DNA from: Candidatus Atabeyarchaeum deiterrae
GTDB taxonomy: Archaea > Asgardarchaeota > Atabeyarchaeia > Atabeyarchaeales > Atabeyarchaeaceae
Direction of reading: 5' to 3'
DNA: 64,000 nt
NCBI GenBank assembly: GCA_037310415.1
Contig: CP147780.1
Span: forward strand, 1,792,001 to 1,856,000
Positions within the stretch are counted from its first letter, which is position 1. The number at the start of each line of letters is the position of its first letter. Below, piece by piece: positions 11,041-20,104 of the stretch. A program made the translations under genes and the position numbers. The notes beneath the pieces are model-generated. The model was given only the letters and a program-made list of their open reading frames with translations. It ran no database searches and was not told where the DNA came from.

Positions 11041-11230
11041 ACTACCACCGTCTTAAGACGGTGGCTTTCCGTTTAGGTGATAGATATGTGGCACAGCCAA
11101 ACTCACATCACCTGCATCTGGACGGCCGAGGCGGTTTACGTCGCCTCGCTCGGCGGAAACCTGGGCTCACCCGCTCCGCCGAGTGACTGGCTCTTTGCAT
11201 GGGTTTTACGCCCAGTCAGCAACCCTATAC
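11037..11230 (-). ncRNA. Putative TnpB-type omegaRNA/reRNA scaffold inside the element
   Basis: Four consecutive internal stems plus the right-end hairpin, with a TATA-like TTCTTAAA near 11256-11263 upstream on the minus strand. The 5' end is approximate. Confidence 0.55.
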
Positions 11231-11316
11231 CCAAACTAGTAGCACTATGCGGAGGTTTAAGAACTCAACGCAATTCCTCCACTCTTTGAAAGGGTGGTCT
11301 CTTTGTGGTGATTAAT
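11037..11316 (-). mobile_element. Non-autonomous IS200/IS605-family element (280 bp, no transposase or TnpB) with both end hairpins
   Basis: Right end on the minus strand: AAAG, a perfect 20-nt palindrome (11045-11064), then TAGTTTAC. Left end: GAGA at +16..+19 followed by a hairpin (11279-11297), preceded by target TCAT. Removing the element restores an ATGA stop/start overlap. Confidence 0.82.
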
Positions 11317-12624
11317 ATGAAGCGAGACGAAAAATCAATTGACATCGAATACCTTCCCCGAGTTGAGGGGCATGGAGCTATAACAATAGAGATTACGGAT
11401 AGTGGTAAGGTTGGCGATGTGAAAGTCGACATACCAGAAGCTCCAAGACTCATAGAAGCCTTAGTGGTGGGCAAGACTCCTGAAGAAGACTTGAACATGG
11501 TTCCTAGAGTATGTGGCATATGTTCCTTCAGCCACAAGTATGCAGGCATCCGCGCCTTTGAAAAAGCATTGAATGTGGTTCCCTCTAAGAAAGCAGTCGC
11601 ACTAAGAACCCTCCTACATATTTCCGAAACCCTCCAAAGCGACGTTCTACACGTCTTCTTCCTTTCACTACCTGACCTCCTAGGTTACCCCAACGCCATA
11701 GCCATGGCTAGCGACTACAAAGACGCGGTCTTGAGTGCCATGAAGATGAAAGGGTTCGCCAACAAGATGATGGAAATAGGATCCGGTCGATTCGTACACG
11801 GAGAAAACCCAGTCATAGGAGGCTTCGGGAGATACCCATCTGAAGAAGAGCTAACACCACTCAAAGAACAATCACAAGAACTCATTCCACTAGCTGAAAA
11901 AGCAATGAAGCTGCTCGGAGACATGGAAATCCCAACATTCCCAGAACGAGAAACGATCTTCATGTGCCTCAAACCGCCAACAGGAGAATACGGCTTGGTC
12001 GGAGACACGGTATTCGTCTCGGACGGAAAAGAGACACCAGTAGAGAACTACGAACAACTCACAAACGAGAGAGTAGTCTCCCATTCGTTTGCAAAGCGAT
12101 CAACCTACGGCGGAAAACCCTTCACCGTCGGTGCCCTTGCAAGAATAAGCCTCCTCGGAGACCGCCTCAAAGGAATAGCGAAAAAGTATTACGATCAATA
12201 CTACGGTGAGCAGTGGAAGAAGAACATACTATACAACATCCACGCTCAAGCACTTGAAATCCTCTGGTGCCTGCAGGCAGTATTCCCGGTTGTAGACGAG
12301 ATCGTAGAAGCAGAAACGCCGAACGAAGGGATCGCAAAACGAGGCAGGGCAACAGGCAAGGGAACTGGCGCAGTCGAAGCGCCGAGAGGAATACTGTATC
12401 ACCACTATGAGGTCGAGAACAATCTAATCAAGCGCTCCAACATTATCACACCTACCGCGCAGAACCTTGACGACATCGAGGAGTACCTTAAAGTCGCGGC
12501 GACCAACCTTCTGAAGCAGAATGAAAAAGAGGATCTTCCGGCTAAGTTGGAGATGGTTGCGAGAGCATTCGACCCGTGCATCAGCTGCTCAGTACATGTG
12601 CTGCGACTCAAGTCTGGCCAATAG
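11317..12624 (+). CDS. hydA: Group 3b [NiFe] hydrogenase alpha (large) subunit
   Basis: RVEGHG, L1 RVCGIC, EAPRG and L2 DPCISCSVH followed by a short cleavable tail. Confidence 0.95.
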   Translation: MKRDEKSIDIEYLPRVEGHGAITIEITDSGKVGDVKVDIPEAPRLIEALVVGKTPEEDLNMVPRVCGICSFSHKYAGIRAFEKALNVVPSKKAVALRTLLHISETLQSDVLHVFFLSLPDLLGYPNAIAMASDYKDAVLSAMKMKGFANKMMEIGSGRFVHGENPVIGGFGRYPSEEELTPLKEQSQELIPLAEKAMKLLGDMEIPTFPERETIFMCLKPPTGEYGLVGDTVFVSDGKETPVENYEQLTNERVVSHSFAKRSTYGGKPFTVGALARISLLGDRLKGIAKKYYDQYYGEQWKKNILYNIHAQALEILWCLQAVFPVVDEIVEAETPNEGIAKRGRATGKGTGAVEAPRGILYHHYEVENNLIKRSNIITPTAQNLDDIEEYLKVAATNLLKQNEKEDLPAKLEMVARAFDPCISCSVHVLRLKSGQ

Positions 12625-13211
12625 AGTGCTCCAGAGAAACAGGGTTTTCAAACTCACGCCACACTGCATTTTGCATTCATCAAACTGGGAGAAAAGACGG
12701 AGCACGCACCTACTTGAACTCCGGCCAGCGTTGCAGGTGGTGGCATAAGCCGACTTATGTGTATCATGGGCGTTTCAATATGAACAATGTTGGAAACGGA
12801 TGCGATGATTAGGCGTTAATCTTTCTGGCATATCCCACTAAGCTGATTTTTCTCCACCCTTCAATCGAGTTAAATAGTCTTCACTCTATAATGCTATCCG
12901 TCGAAGAGAAGATTACATCTAATGAGCTATAGCTTCAGCCAAGTCATCTGCCAATCATTATCCCTAGTCGTTCGAGTATGATCTCGTATGGTGACCGCAT
13001 GAGGTCCGAGGAAAGAATGCCTCCACCCTGAGGGCGAGTACATGGTGGGGAAAACCCTCAGGATCTATGTCCCAGGGCTCTGTGGAGATCACCAGGATTC
13101 GCTGCCCGGCGGCATAGTTAGTGTTAGCGTGACCGATTTGATTTCGTGATTATTCAAGCCAGCGCTTTGACGGCATGAGTGTATTCTCGAATCAAGAGGT
13201 CGATAGTAATA

Positions 13212-13874
13212 ATGCAGCAAACCGGTGGACATAGAAACCATAGGACCATACTAGGAGAGCAAGCTTGTCGAGTTGTTAGAGCATCCTTGGAGGAACAGTG
13301 TTGGAGGATGCACACGTTTGATTGGGTTCCTATCTTTTCATGTTGTCAGACCTGCTCCAATGAGAAGAAACTATCGGAGGAAGCACGCAAGTCCTATGGA
13401 TGGACTAGGCCTGATTTTCTAGCGAAGTCCCTGTCCGGGAATCTCTGCCTTTTGGAAGTCAAGGGCAAGAGCAGACGCAAGTTTGTCGTTGATGACTTTA
13501 GGTATGAATCTTATGTATACTGGGAGCGATTTCTTGGCATTCCAGCATTCGTAGTTTTCTATGTAAGCTCGGATAACAGACAGGACGATAGCAGATTATA
13601 TCTGCATAAGGTCCTTGATGAGGACGTTAGAATTGGTGATATCGGCGATAACTTGGAGCTACTTGTGGACACAGAGGGCAATGTGAGCCAGACAAATGAT
13701 AAAGTCATATCGTTGAAACGAATAGATTCAGGATGGTTCCTAAGTGAAGAGCTTGAACAACAAATTGATGCCTGGGATGTATCTGAAAGTCTCTCAAAAT
13801 GGATCGAAAGAAAGGACTCCGATTTAAACACCGAGAAATTGTCAGAATCGGCCGTACGCCACCTGCTGCAATGA
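13212..13874 (+). CDS. PD-(D/E)XK nuclease-fold protein
   Basis: RPDFL...LLEVKGK catalytic pattern. ATG at 13212 follows GAGGT. Confidence 0.65.
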   Translation: MQQTGGHRNHRTILGEQACRVVRASLEEQCWRMHTFDWVPIFSCCQTCSNEKKLSEEARKSYGWTRPDFLAKSLSGNLCLLEVKGKSRRKFVVDDFRYESYVYWERFLGIPAFVVFYVSSDNRQDDSRLYLHKVLDEDVRIGDIGDNLELLVDTEGNVSQTNDKVISLKRIDSGWFLSEELEQQIDAWDVSESLSKWIERKDSDLNTEKLSESAVRHLLQ

Positions 13875-14370
13875 GCGTTGAAGCCAGTAAGTCGGATGCT
13901 GGATTTCCGCTACGTTACTCATCGTCATGGTGTTCATGCCCCATTGGCCCAGTGAGATAATGGAAATGTCGTGAAACTAATGAGGACAAATGCGGATGCG
14001 GACGGAGCAGTTAGTCGGAACTTGGTTTTGCAGGAGCCAACCAGGAAATGCATTAGTCTGTCTTGCGTTCTCTTCAGTCTCGCTGCTGTGTGCGCCGAAA
14101 GTGACGGAGCAAAACATAGACCAGGTATGTACGCTGTGATTGCGCTGCTAATATACACTCTGATTTGAACTCTCAATTGTCGAGCCTGCATTTCTCTCCT
14201 CCGATCTGGGCTCTCGATTACATGGCTCATGCGTCGTTTGGACTCTTAATTCTCAAACACATGTCCGGGTGACCAAGGAGTGGAGCGCCACTCGAATATC
14301 TCTGAATTGCCAGAGGCAACTTACCAAAGATTTTTAATACCCCAATCCTACCTTCAGTCAGGGTGAGGGA

Positions 14371-17010
14371 ATGCAGGACAAACCCAAGCTATTGGTTAAA
14401 TTCTCAGGATTGCCAGATGCGACAAGTGGCTTCTTCTTGCCTGGCAATAACTGGCTTATTACTGGTCATCAGAATGGCTTAGTCCTCAGATGGGATGTCG
14501 AGAAAGGCACGAGTGATCTCTTGTACAAGTGCGCTTCGGAAATTGAGACGATTTCGGGATCAGGCGGGAAGAGTATCGTAATTGGCACTCATGCAGGCGA
14601 ACTTGTCGTTCTGGATCTGGAAAACCCGAAAAACGCCGAGGTGATCCAAAAGGCTACATATGACAAGCATTCGCGAATTTGGAGAACGGTTTGGCCCACG
14701 AAAGGTGGCATAGTATTCACCTCAACATATGGTGTAATGAATGCCGTTTCGAGAACAATGGAGGGACGTTGGGAAAACGTCCCCCTCTCTGGTCATTCTG
14801 ACAGTATATTTGGTTTGGGCAACTTCGACGGCACTCTTTTGGCTTCTGGAGACTACAGGGGCAATATCCTAATCTGGAAATCCGAAGCGGGCAGGTACGC
14901 TGTGATTCAAACTCTCAAGGTCAACCAGGTCATACAAGGTATATCATGGCACAAGGATCGATCATTTGCGGTGATCGGACAAGCCGGACGCATCTATTTG
15001 TACGAAGAAACTGAGAGTAACACGCAACAATGGCAACTTATCGTCGAAGTGAGCAATGCGAGTAGTTACGGAAGATGCGTACACATAACAGACGACGGAA
15101 AGACTGTTTTTGCAGGAACGGACAATGAACTAATTCAGTTTGACATAGATTCTCAACAAGTTGGATCGATCGATATTGCGGGCGCAAGAACGCTATTCTC
15201 AAAAGGCGATACAATCTACGTTCTGACAGGAAACGCATTCGAGTCGTTTCAGAAAAAGAAAATAGAAGTTAAGGTAGGCTTCATAAGATACAGGTATGCG
15301 AAAATCAGCTTGATCGGACAAACGGGTGTAGGAAAAAGCACCCTCTGCAATTTTATTATAACTGGATCGCCCGGAGACTTGAAGTCGACTTTCGGCAGGA
15401 GGGTATGGAACTGGAGCATCCTGGGCGATGAGTCTCTTGAGAGGCGAATCATTTTCTACGATCACGGTGGTCAGGAGACAGTCCTCGGCACATTCTTGCC
15501 TTTCATAACGGATTCTGATCTCATCCTCATTGTCTTTCAACAGAACGACAAAGGGACGTTTAGAACTGCTCTTAGAACTCTAGACCAGATCAAGACCAGT
15601 CTAGCTCCAAAGACAAAGATATTCTTTGTGCAAACTCACATCGATCATCGAATGAATGAGATTGATGAGTCCTACGTTAAGAGCCTCGTTGACTCGGGGC
15701 AGATCAACGGTCACTTCAAAGTGTGTCCTTCGGACGGTTCAGGAGTGGAGGAACTGAAGTCCCGCTTGGCCAAAGAGATATCTTGGGTCGACGCACGGAT
15801 TATGATCCAATCCCAAAGCGTGGATGGCGTCATAAAGACAATCTCATCTCTGCAAGACAGGAACGTCAACACGATCAGATTTGAATTCTTCAGGAAGGCG
15901 TATGGGCAACTAGGTTTGAACATATCAGCCAAACATCTCGAATTCCTGCTCCGAGACTTAAGCGACCAAGGCATGATCGACTATTACCCTAAAGTCAGCG
16001 ATTTGATCATCATTAGCGACGAGAAGTACAATGAACTGCGAACACAGATTCCCATCTTCGTAGATCAGCACAACGGAATTGTCTCATTCGACGACCTACT
16101 TGCCGCCTTTGGACATCACGAGTACTTGCCGATATTGGACTTGGTATATCAGAGCTACGGTGTATCCATCAAGGATCAGAACCTAAGAGTTTTCCCAGAG
16201 AAACTGAAGAGCGAAATCATAACTATTCCTGAGAAGTACAGCCACCTTTTGAAAGGGAGCCAGCCTAGGGTCGTGTCTACACCGCCACGCAAGATCGAGG
16301 TAGCTCGCTTGATTGCAGCTCTTTCTGAACTCAACCTGCGATGCATTGACGCATCACAGAGTGATGGTCTGTTTTCATGGGAAGAGAATGCATGTGTCTA
16401 CTATAGGTTCCAGAGATTTGGCGATGCAATGCAGGGAGAAGTTGTCAGATGGACGTACTTTATTGCCGGCGCCAAGAAGCAGACATGCGAGCGTCTTGAA
16501 GGCGAGTTCCAAAGCATTGTCGAGAAGCTTTATGGTCCCTTTGTCGCAACCTCTCAGAACAATCTTAAAAAAAAACCGTTGAAGAAGGAAATTAGGTTCG
16601 ACGTTGCACTTTCTTTCGCCGGAGAGCAGAGAGATTACGTGAGGCAAGTAGACGAGATCCTTGAGGGCAAGGGCGTCAAAACATTTTTCGCTGAGTTTTA
16701 CACTCACCAGCTCTGGGGAACGAACCTTGCAGAGTACCTCAATGATGTTTTCTACTCACAGTCGAATTATTGTATGATGTTCGTCTCCAAAGAGTATATA
16801 GAGAAAGCTTGGCCAACGCATGAACGCAGAAGTGCGATTGCCAGACAGATCAAACAGTTTGGCAACTACATATTGCCCGTCATATTTGACGATTCTGAGG
16901 TTCCAGGTTTTCAGCTTTCATCAATAGGATATTTAGACGCGAGAAAAATGTCTCCATCAGATGTGGCTAATCAATTTGTCAAAAAACTGGAAGCAAGTCA
17001 GGGCAGTTAG
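14371..17010 (+). CDS. WD40-like beta-propeller - Roc GTPase - COR-like - TIR multidomain protein
   Basis: N-terminal WD-type blades (GHSDSIFG...LASGDYRGNILIWK). P-loop GQTGVGKST, G3 DHGGQE and G4-like THID. C-terminal FDVALSFAGEQR...WPTHE TIR domain. Confidence 0.85.
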   Translation: MQDKPKLLVKFSGLPDATSGFFLPGNNWLITGHQNGLVLRWDVEKGTSDLLYKCASEIETISGSGGKSIVIGTHAGELVVLDLENPKNAEVIQKATYDKHSRIWRTVWPTKGGIVFTSTYGVMNAVSRTMEGRWENVPLSGHSDSIFGLGNFDGTLLASGDYRGNILIWKSEAGRYAVIQTLKVNQVIQGISWHKDRSFAVIGQAGRIYLYEETESNTQQWQLIVEVSNASSYGRCVHITDDGKTVFAGTDNELIQFDIDSQQVGSIDIAGARTLFSKGDTIYVLTGNAFESFQKKKIEVKVGFIRYRYAKISLIGQTGVGKSTLCNFIITGSPGDLKSTFGRRVWNWSILGDESLERRIIFYDHGGQETVLGTFLPFITDSDLILIVFQQNDKGTFRTALRTLDQIKTSLAPKTKIFFVQTHIDHRMNEIDESYVKSLVDSGQINGHFKVCPSDGSGVEELKSRLAKEISWVDARIMIQSQSVDGVIKTISSLQDRNVNTIRFEFFRKAYGQLGLNISAKHLEFLLRDLSDQGMIDYYPKVSDLIIISDEKYNELRTQIPIFVDQHNGIVSFDDLLAAFGHHEYLPILDLVYQSYGVSIKDQNLRVFPEKLKSEIITIPEKYSHLLKGSQPRVVSTPPRKIEVARLIAALSELNLRCIDASQSDGLFSWEENACVYYRFQRFGDAMQGEVVRWTYFIAGAKKQTCERLEGEFQSIVEKLYGPFVATSQNNLKKKPLKKEIRFDVALSFAGEQRDYVRQVDEILEGKGVKTFFAEFYTHQLWGTNLAEYLNDVFYSQSNYCMMFVSKEYIEKAWPTHERRSAIARQIKQFGNYILPVIFDDSEVPGFQLSSIGYLDARKMSPSDVANQFVKKLEASQGS

Positions 17011-17091
17011 CGGGTGAACCCATGGCCATCATTCATATGTATTAGAAATCGAGGATCCAGTTCGATCTCCGCAAAGCGGGAGGAGAGAGTT

Positions 17092-17634
17092 ATGTCGGTC
17101 GTTTCCGGTAGCTTCCTTGATGATTTCTGTCTTGCTTGTCAGAGGATCGGTTCAGATTACTTCGACGTACCGATGAAAGGTGGGAAGCCGAAGTATCTTG
17201 AGAGAGTCTACTGCTATGAACTTTACCATCGGCTCCGCAGCTGCTCTCGACTTGCCTTGTCCCCGGTTACTCTGTTTGGAGAACCTGATAAATCCGCATA
17301 CCGCAGACTGAGCGAAAAGGTACGAGCGAAGAAACCAGATCTTATATTTCATGTCCCGGGCGAAGCCAGGAACTTGATTGTCATTGAGGTGAAACCAGCA
17401 AAAATGAGGCGAAATGGTCTTTGGAAAGACATCAATACCCTAAGTACTTTCTTGAGTGATGTTGACACGCAATACCTTTATGGTATCATGCTTGTTTACG
17501 GGGCACTCGAAACAGGGGGCTTACCTTGGTTCGTTAAGATTGATCTCCGCAATCTCGCAGGCGATTACGCGAATCGCATCCTTCTCCTGTGGCATGCACA
17601 TCCGGGAGAGAAGCCTTCGCTGGAGACATGGTAG
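17092..17634 (+). CDS. PD-(D/E)XK nuclease (ERVYCYELYH-type)
   Basis: ERVYCYELYH...GEPDK...KPDLIFH...IEVK. ATG at 17092 follows GGAGGAG. Confidence 0.7.
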   Translation: MSVVSGSFLDDFCLACQRIGSDYFDVPMKGGKPKYLERVYCYELYHRLRSCSRLALSPVTLFGEPDKSAYRRLSEKVRAKKPDLIFHVPGEARNLIVIEVKPAKMRRNGLWKDINTLSTFLSDVDTQYLYGIMLVYGALETGGLPWFVKIDLRNLAGDYANRILLLWHAHPGEKPSLETW

Positions 17635-17877
17635 GCAATTCGCATAGGCACACTTATGTGCGTCATTTTCCATGTTCGCGCGTGCGACCCAGCGGTCCGG
17701 TTAAGAGGATAGCCTTTTGGCAATCCATCGTAGAAGACCATGATTAGTAGATGGGACAATTCGGGGACGAACCTTGATTGCCCGAGCAATCATGACTGCC
17801 AGCAATTCTTAGTAAACATATATAGGCTAATCGTCGTACCGATCCAATCATATCCAGTCTAAAGCACCTTCGACGTC

Positions 17878-18657
17878 TCAAAAAGTAATCGCATGGATCC
17901 TGAACAGTTCCGCTAGCGTCTCTCCTGGAATCAGAGAGCAATAGGTTTTCTTTCTTTCGTTTATCCTGACAAAATGGTGATGAGCGGCTTGTATGGAAGT
18001 CTGCACCGCTCTTGACAAGGCACGTCCATAGATCCAGACGAACCCGTCAATGTTGTATTCCAGCGCCTTTGATGTCTGAGACCTAATCTTGTCCTCGGAA
18101 ATATCGTCATTCAGAGTCTTGATCTGAAACCCAATTATCGCGCCGCTTATCTTCTTCGATACGTCAATCCCAGAATATTCCTTTATTCCGTGCAGCGATA
18201 ATTGGAATGATTTGGCAATCCTTTGGAGCAGGACATCAAAAGCGCTAAGCAGTTTATCATGGGGACTATAGATTCTTTCAAATCTTGAAACTATCTGCTC
18301 TCTTTCCTTGGCGAATTTGGACTTATCGTATCCTATTTCGATATATCCGGAGACAAAGTTGTTGGCAATTTCAAAACCGGATGGTTCATGATAGTTTACA
18401 TCGATCTTTGAAAGGCGTGGGTACAGAAGGTCATTAACGGTCTGTCTATCAACGGCGTTCACTCTGAAGAACGGTGTTTTCAGCGCTCTGACTGCGGCAA
18501 GGAATGACGTCTTAGCGACTTTTCCTTTGCCCACCTCTACTAATTGGCAATATGAATGGGCAATCATCTCCGCGAAGCAGTCTACATCTTGGAATCCAGC
18601 CTCATGAATGATGTCCATCACGATCGACAGCACACGCCTTTCGAATTCCACTCTCAA
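17878..18657 (-). CDS. Restriction-endonuclease-fold protein (D...QxK, Mrr-like catalytic motif)
   Basis: SGIDV...GFQIKT motif in the C-terminal half. Last gene of the HTH operon. Confidence 0.6.
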   Translation of the reverse strand: MRVEFERRVLSIVMDIIHEAGFQDVDCFAEMIAHSYCQLVEVGKGKVAKTSFLAAVRALKTPFFRVNAVDRQTVNDLLYPRLSKIDVNYHEPSGFEIANNFVSGYIEIGYDKSKFAKEREQIVSRFERIYSPHDKLLSAFDVLLQRIAKSFQLSLHGIKEYSGIDVSKKISGAIIGFQIKTLNDDISEDKIRSQTSKALEYNIDGFVWIYGRALSRAVQTSIQAAHHHFVRINERKKTYCSLIPGETLAELFRIHAITF

Positions 18658-18718
18658 TCTGTTCGCACCCTAATTATCGTTCCTTCAATCGCTTCACAAC
18701 TGTAGCCGTCACTAAATC

Positions 18719-19111
18719 TTACTCGATCCCGAAGTCCTTTGAGAGTCTATGACTGATTCTAAGGAGTGCGTCGACCTTTGTCTTCCCGTAGATCGTCCCT
18801 TTCGCGTTAACTTCCTTGACTTCAATCAAACTCATTTCTTTGAGTTTCGGGATTTCCCGAGAGACATCGGGTCCAAGCAATTTCAAATCATTCGCGATAT
18901 CTCCAACAACTCTTGTGCCATCAATTGCAAGGTAGATTCTCGCCCTATTGACTGCCTTCTTCTTTCCTGGAACATTACCAAAGAAATCCATTATCTCAGC
19001 CAAGATCTCCTTGCCATGGGCGCGCGTTATTAGCTCAATGTTCCCATCGATGGATTCTTGGTGCCACCGTATTCTTTTGATCTCTTCGAATAGATCCTCG
19101 GTCTCTGGCAT
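18719..19111 (-). CDS. Small winged-HTH protein (array member 5)
   Basis: IYLAIDGTRVVGDIANDL...VSREIPKLKEMSLIE. Preceded by RBS GGAGTG. Confidence 0.75.
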   Translation of the reverse strand: MPETEDLFEEIKRIRWHQESIDGNIELITRAHGKEILAEIMDFFGNVPGKKKAVNRARIYLAIDGTRVVGDIANDLKLLGPDVSREIPKLKEMSLIEVKEVNAKGTIYGKTKVDALLRISHRLSKDFGIE

Positions 19112-19125
19112 GTTCTGGTCACTCC

Positions 19126-19434
19126 TTAAATCGGGAATAGCTTCCTGTAGAACTTTCCTCCTGGTCTCTCGATCTCATATATGATGCCAACCTCCTCCCA
19201 TTCGGCAAGTATGGGGCTTAGGGTCGGTTCTTTCACGCCCACGATCTCAGCGATCTGTGAGAGAGAATGATTGCCATCACATGCATTGTAGCCGTTGATA
19301 TACCTCTCTGGATCTTGCTTTTTTCTCGCGGTTACTATGTTGCGCACGGATTCAGGTTTGAAAACTAGTCGCCCTAGCAGAGAGATTATGATCTCACTTT
19401 GCTTTACTAACTTCATTACGGGTACTTCACTCAA
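19126..19434 (-). CDS. Small winged-HTH protein (array member 4)
   Basis: YNACDGNHSLSQIAEIVGV...LSPILAEWEEVGII. Preceded by RBS GGAGG. Confidence 0.75.
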   Translation of the reverse strand: MSEVPVMKLVKQSEIIISLLGRLVFKPESVRNIVTARKKQDPERYINGYNACDGNHSLSQIAEIVGVKEPTLSPILAEWEEVGIIYEIERPGGKFYRKLFPI

Positions 19435-19664
19435 TTTCCTGCCTCCAATGCCTCGCTATTTCATGTCGATTCGTCATTTCTTGAAGTTGCCGGTAAAGGA
19501 TACGAATTTTTGGAGAGGCACCGTGGATTCTCCGTTGCCTCCCGGTTTGTCAGCCAGAACTGTTGACAACTCGCCAAGCACTCAGTCACCCTCAATCATA
19601 AGCAAAGAGGAGAACTGTGTGACGACAAAAGCCCGATTCATGCTGACTCGTCCTGAGAAGACCT

Positions 19665-19964
19665 CTAGACGTCTAGGTTATCCAAGTTGACGTACTTCTT
19701 GCTTCGCGCCTTCCCCGAACTCAAGATAAGACCTCTCCTTTCCCAGAGAGGCAATACCGATTCAAGTTGTCGATTATCTGTGTAACCAGCAAATTGTGCT
19801 ATCTCATCTATTAAACGTTTACCATCTAGAGCTTCGTAAGCTTTTCGTTGCTGGTCAGTTTTCAGCAACTCGGCCTTGAGACCATCAACCATCGCTCTTG
19901 TTTGCATGAGGATGAGCTTGACTATGATCGATGCCTGCCTTGCAGGCTCATCGTGTTCGCTCAC
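19665..19964 (-). CDS. Small winged-HTH protein (array member 3)
   Basis: AYEALDGKRLIDEIAQFAG...LPLWERRGLI. Preceded by RBS GGAGGTG. Confidence 0.75.
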   Translation of the reverse strand: MSEHDEPARQASIIVKLILMQTRAMVDGLKAELLKTDQQRKAYEALDGKRLIDEIAQFAGYTDNRQLESVLPLWERRGLILSSGKARSKKYVNLDNLDV

Positions 19965-20104
19965 GGTAAACCCACCACCTCCTTTTCATGAGAAATGTCT
20001 TGGACACTGCCAGATTTCTCAACAGCGCCAGTCCGGGTCCAGTCGTCTCGCCGCTCTCGGTCCCGTATGGTGAGGATATATACACGCGATCCTCTGCTTC
20101 CTTC

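Noticed and set aside
11077-11289. 70-aa ORF between hydD and hydA
   Set aside because: It lies wholly inside the stem-rich IS605-type element and has no protein-like features.
11305-11316. ORF-track GTG start for hydA
   Set aside because: These bases belong to the inserted element. ATG at 11317 is the coupled start.
13005-13030. GAGGAAAG resembling the RNase P RNA P4 5' strand
   Set aside because: The following bases deviate from consensus and no matching 3' AACAGAA...GCTTA strand was found.
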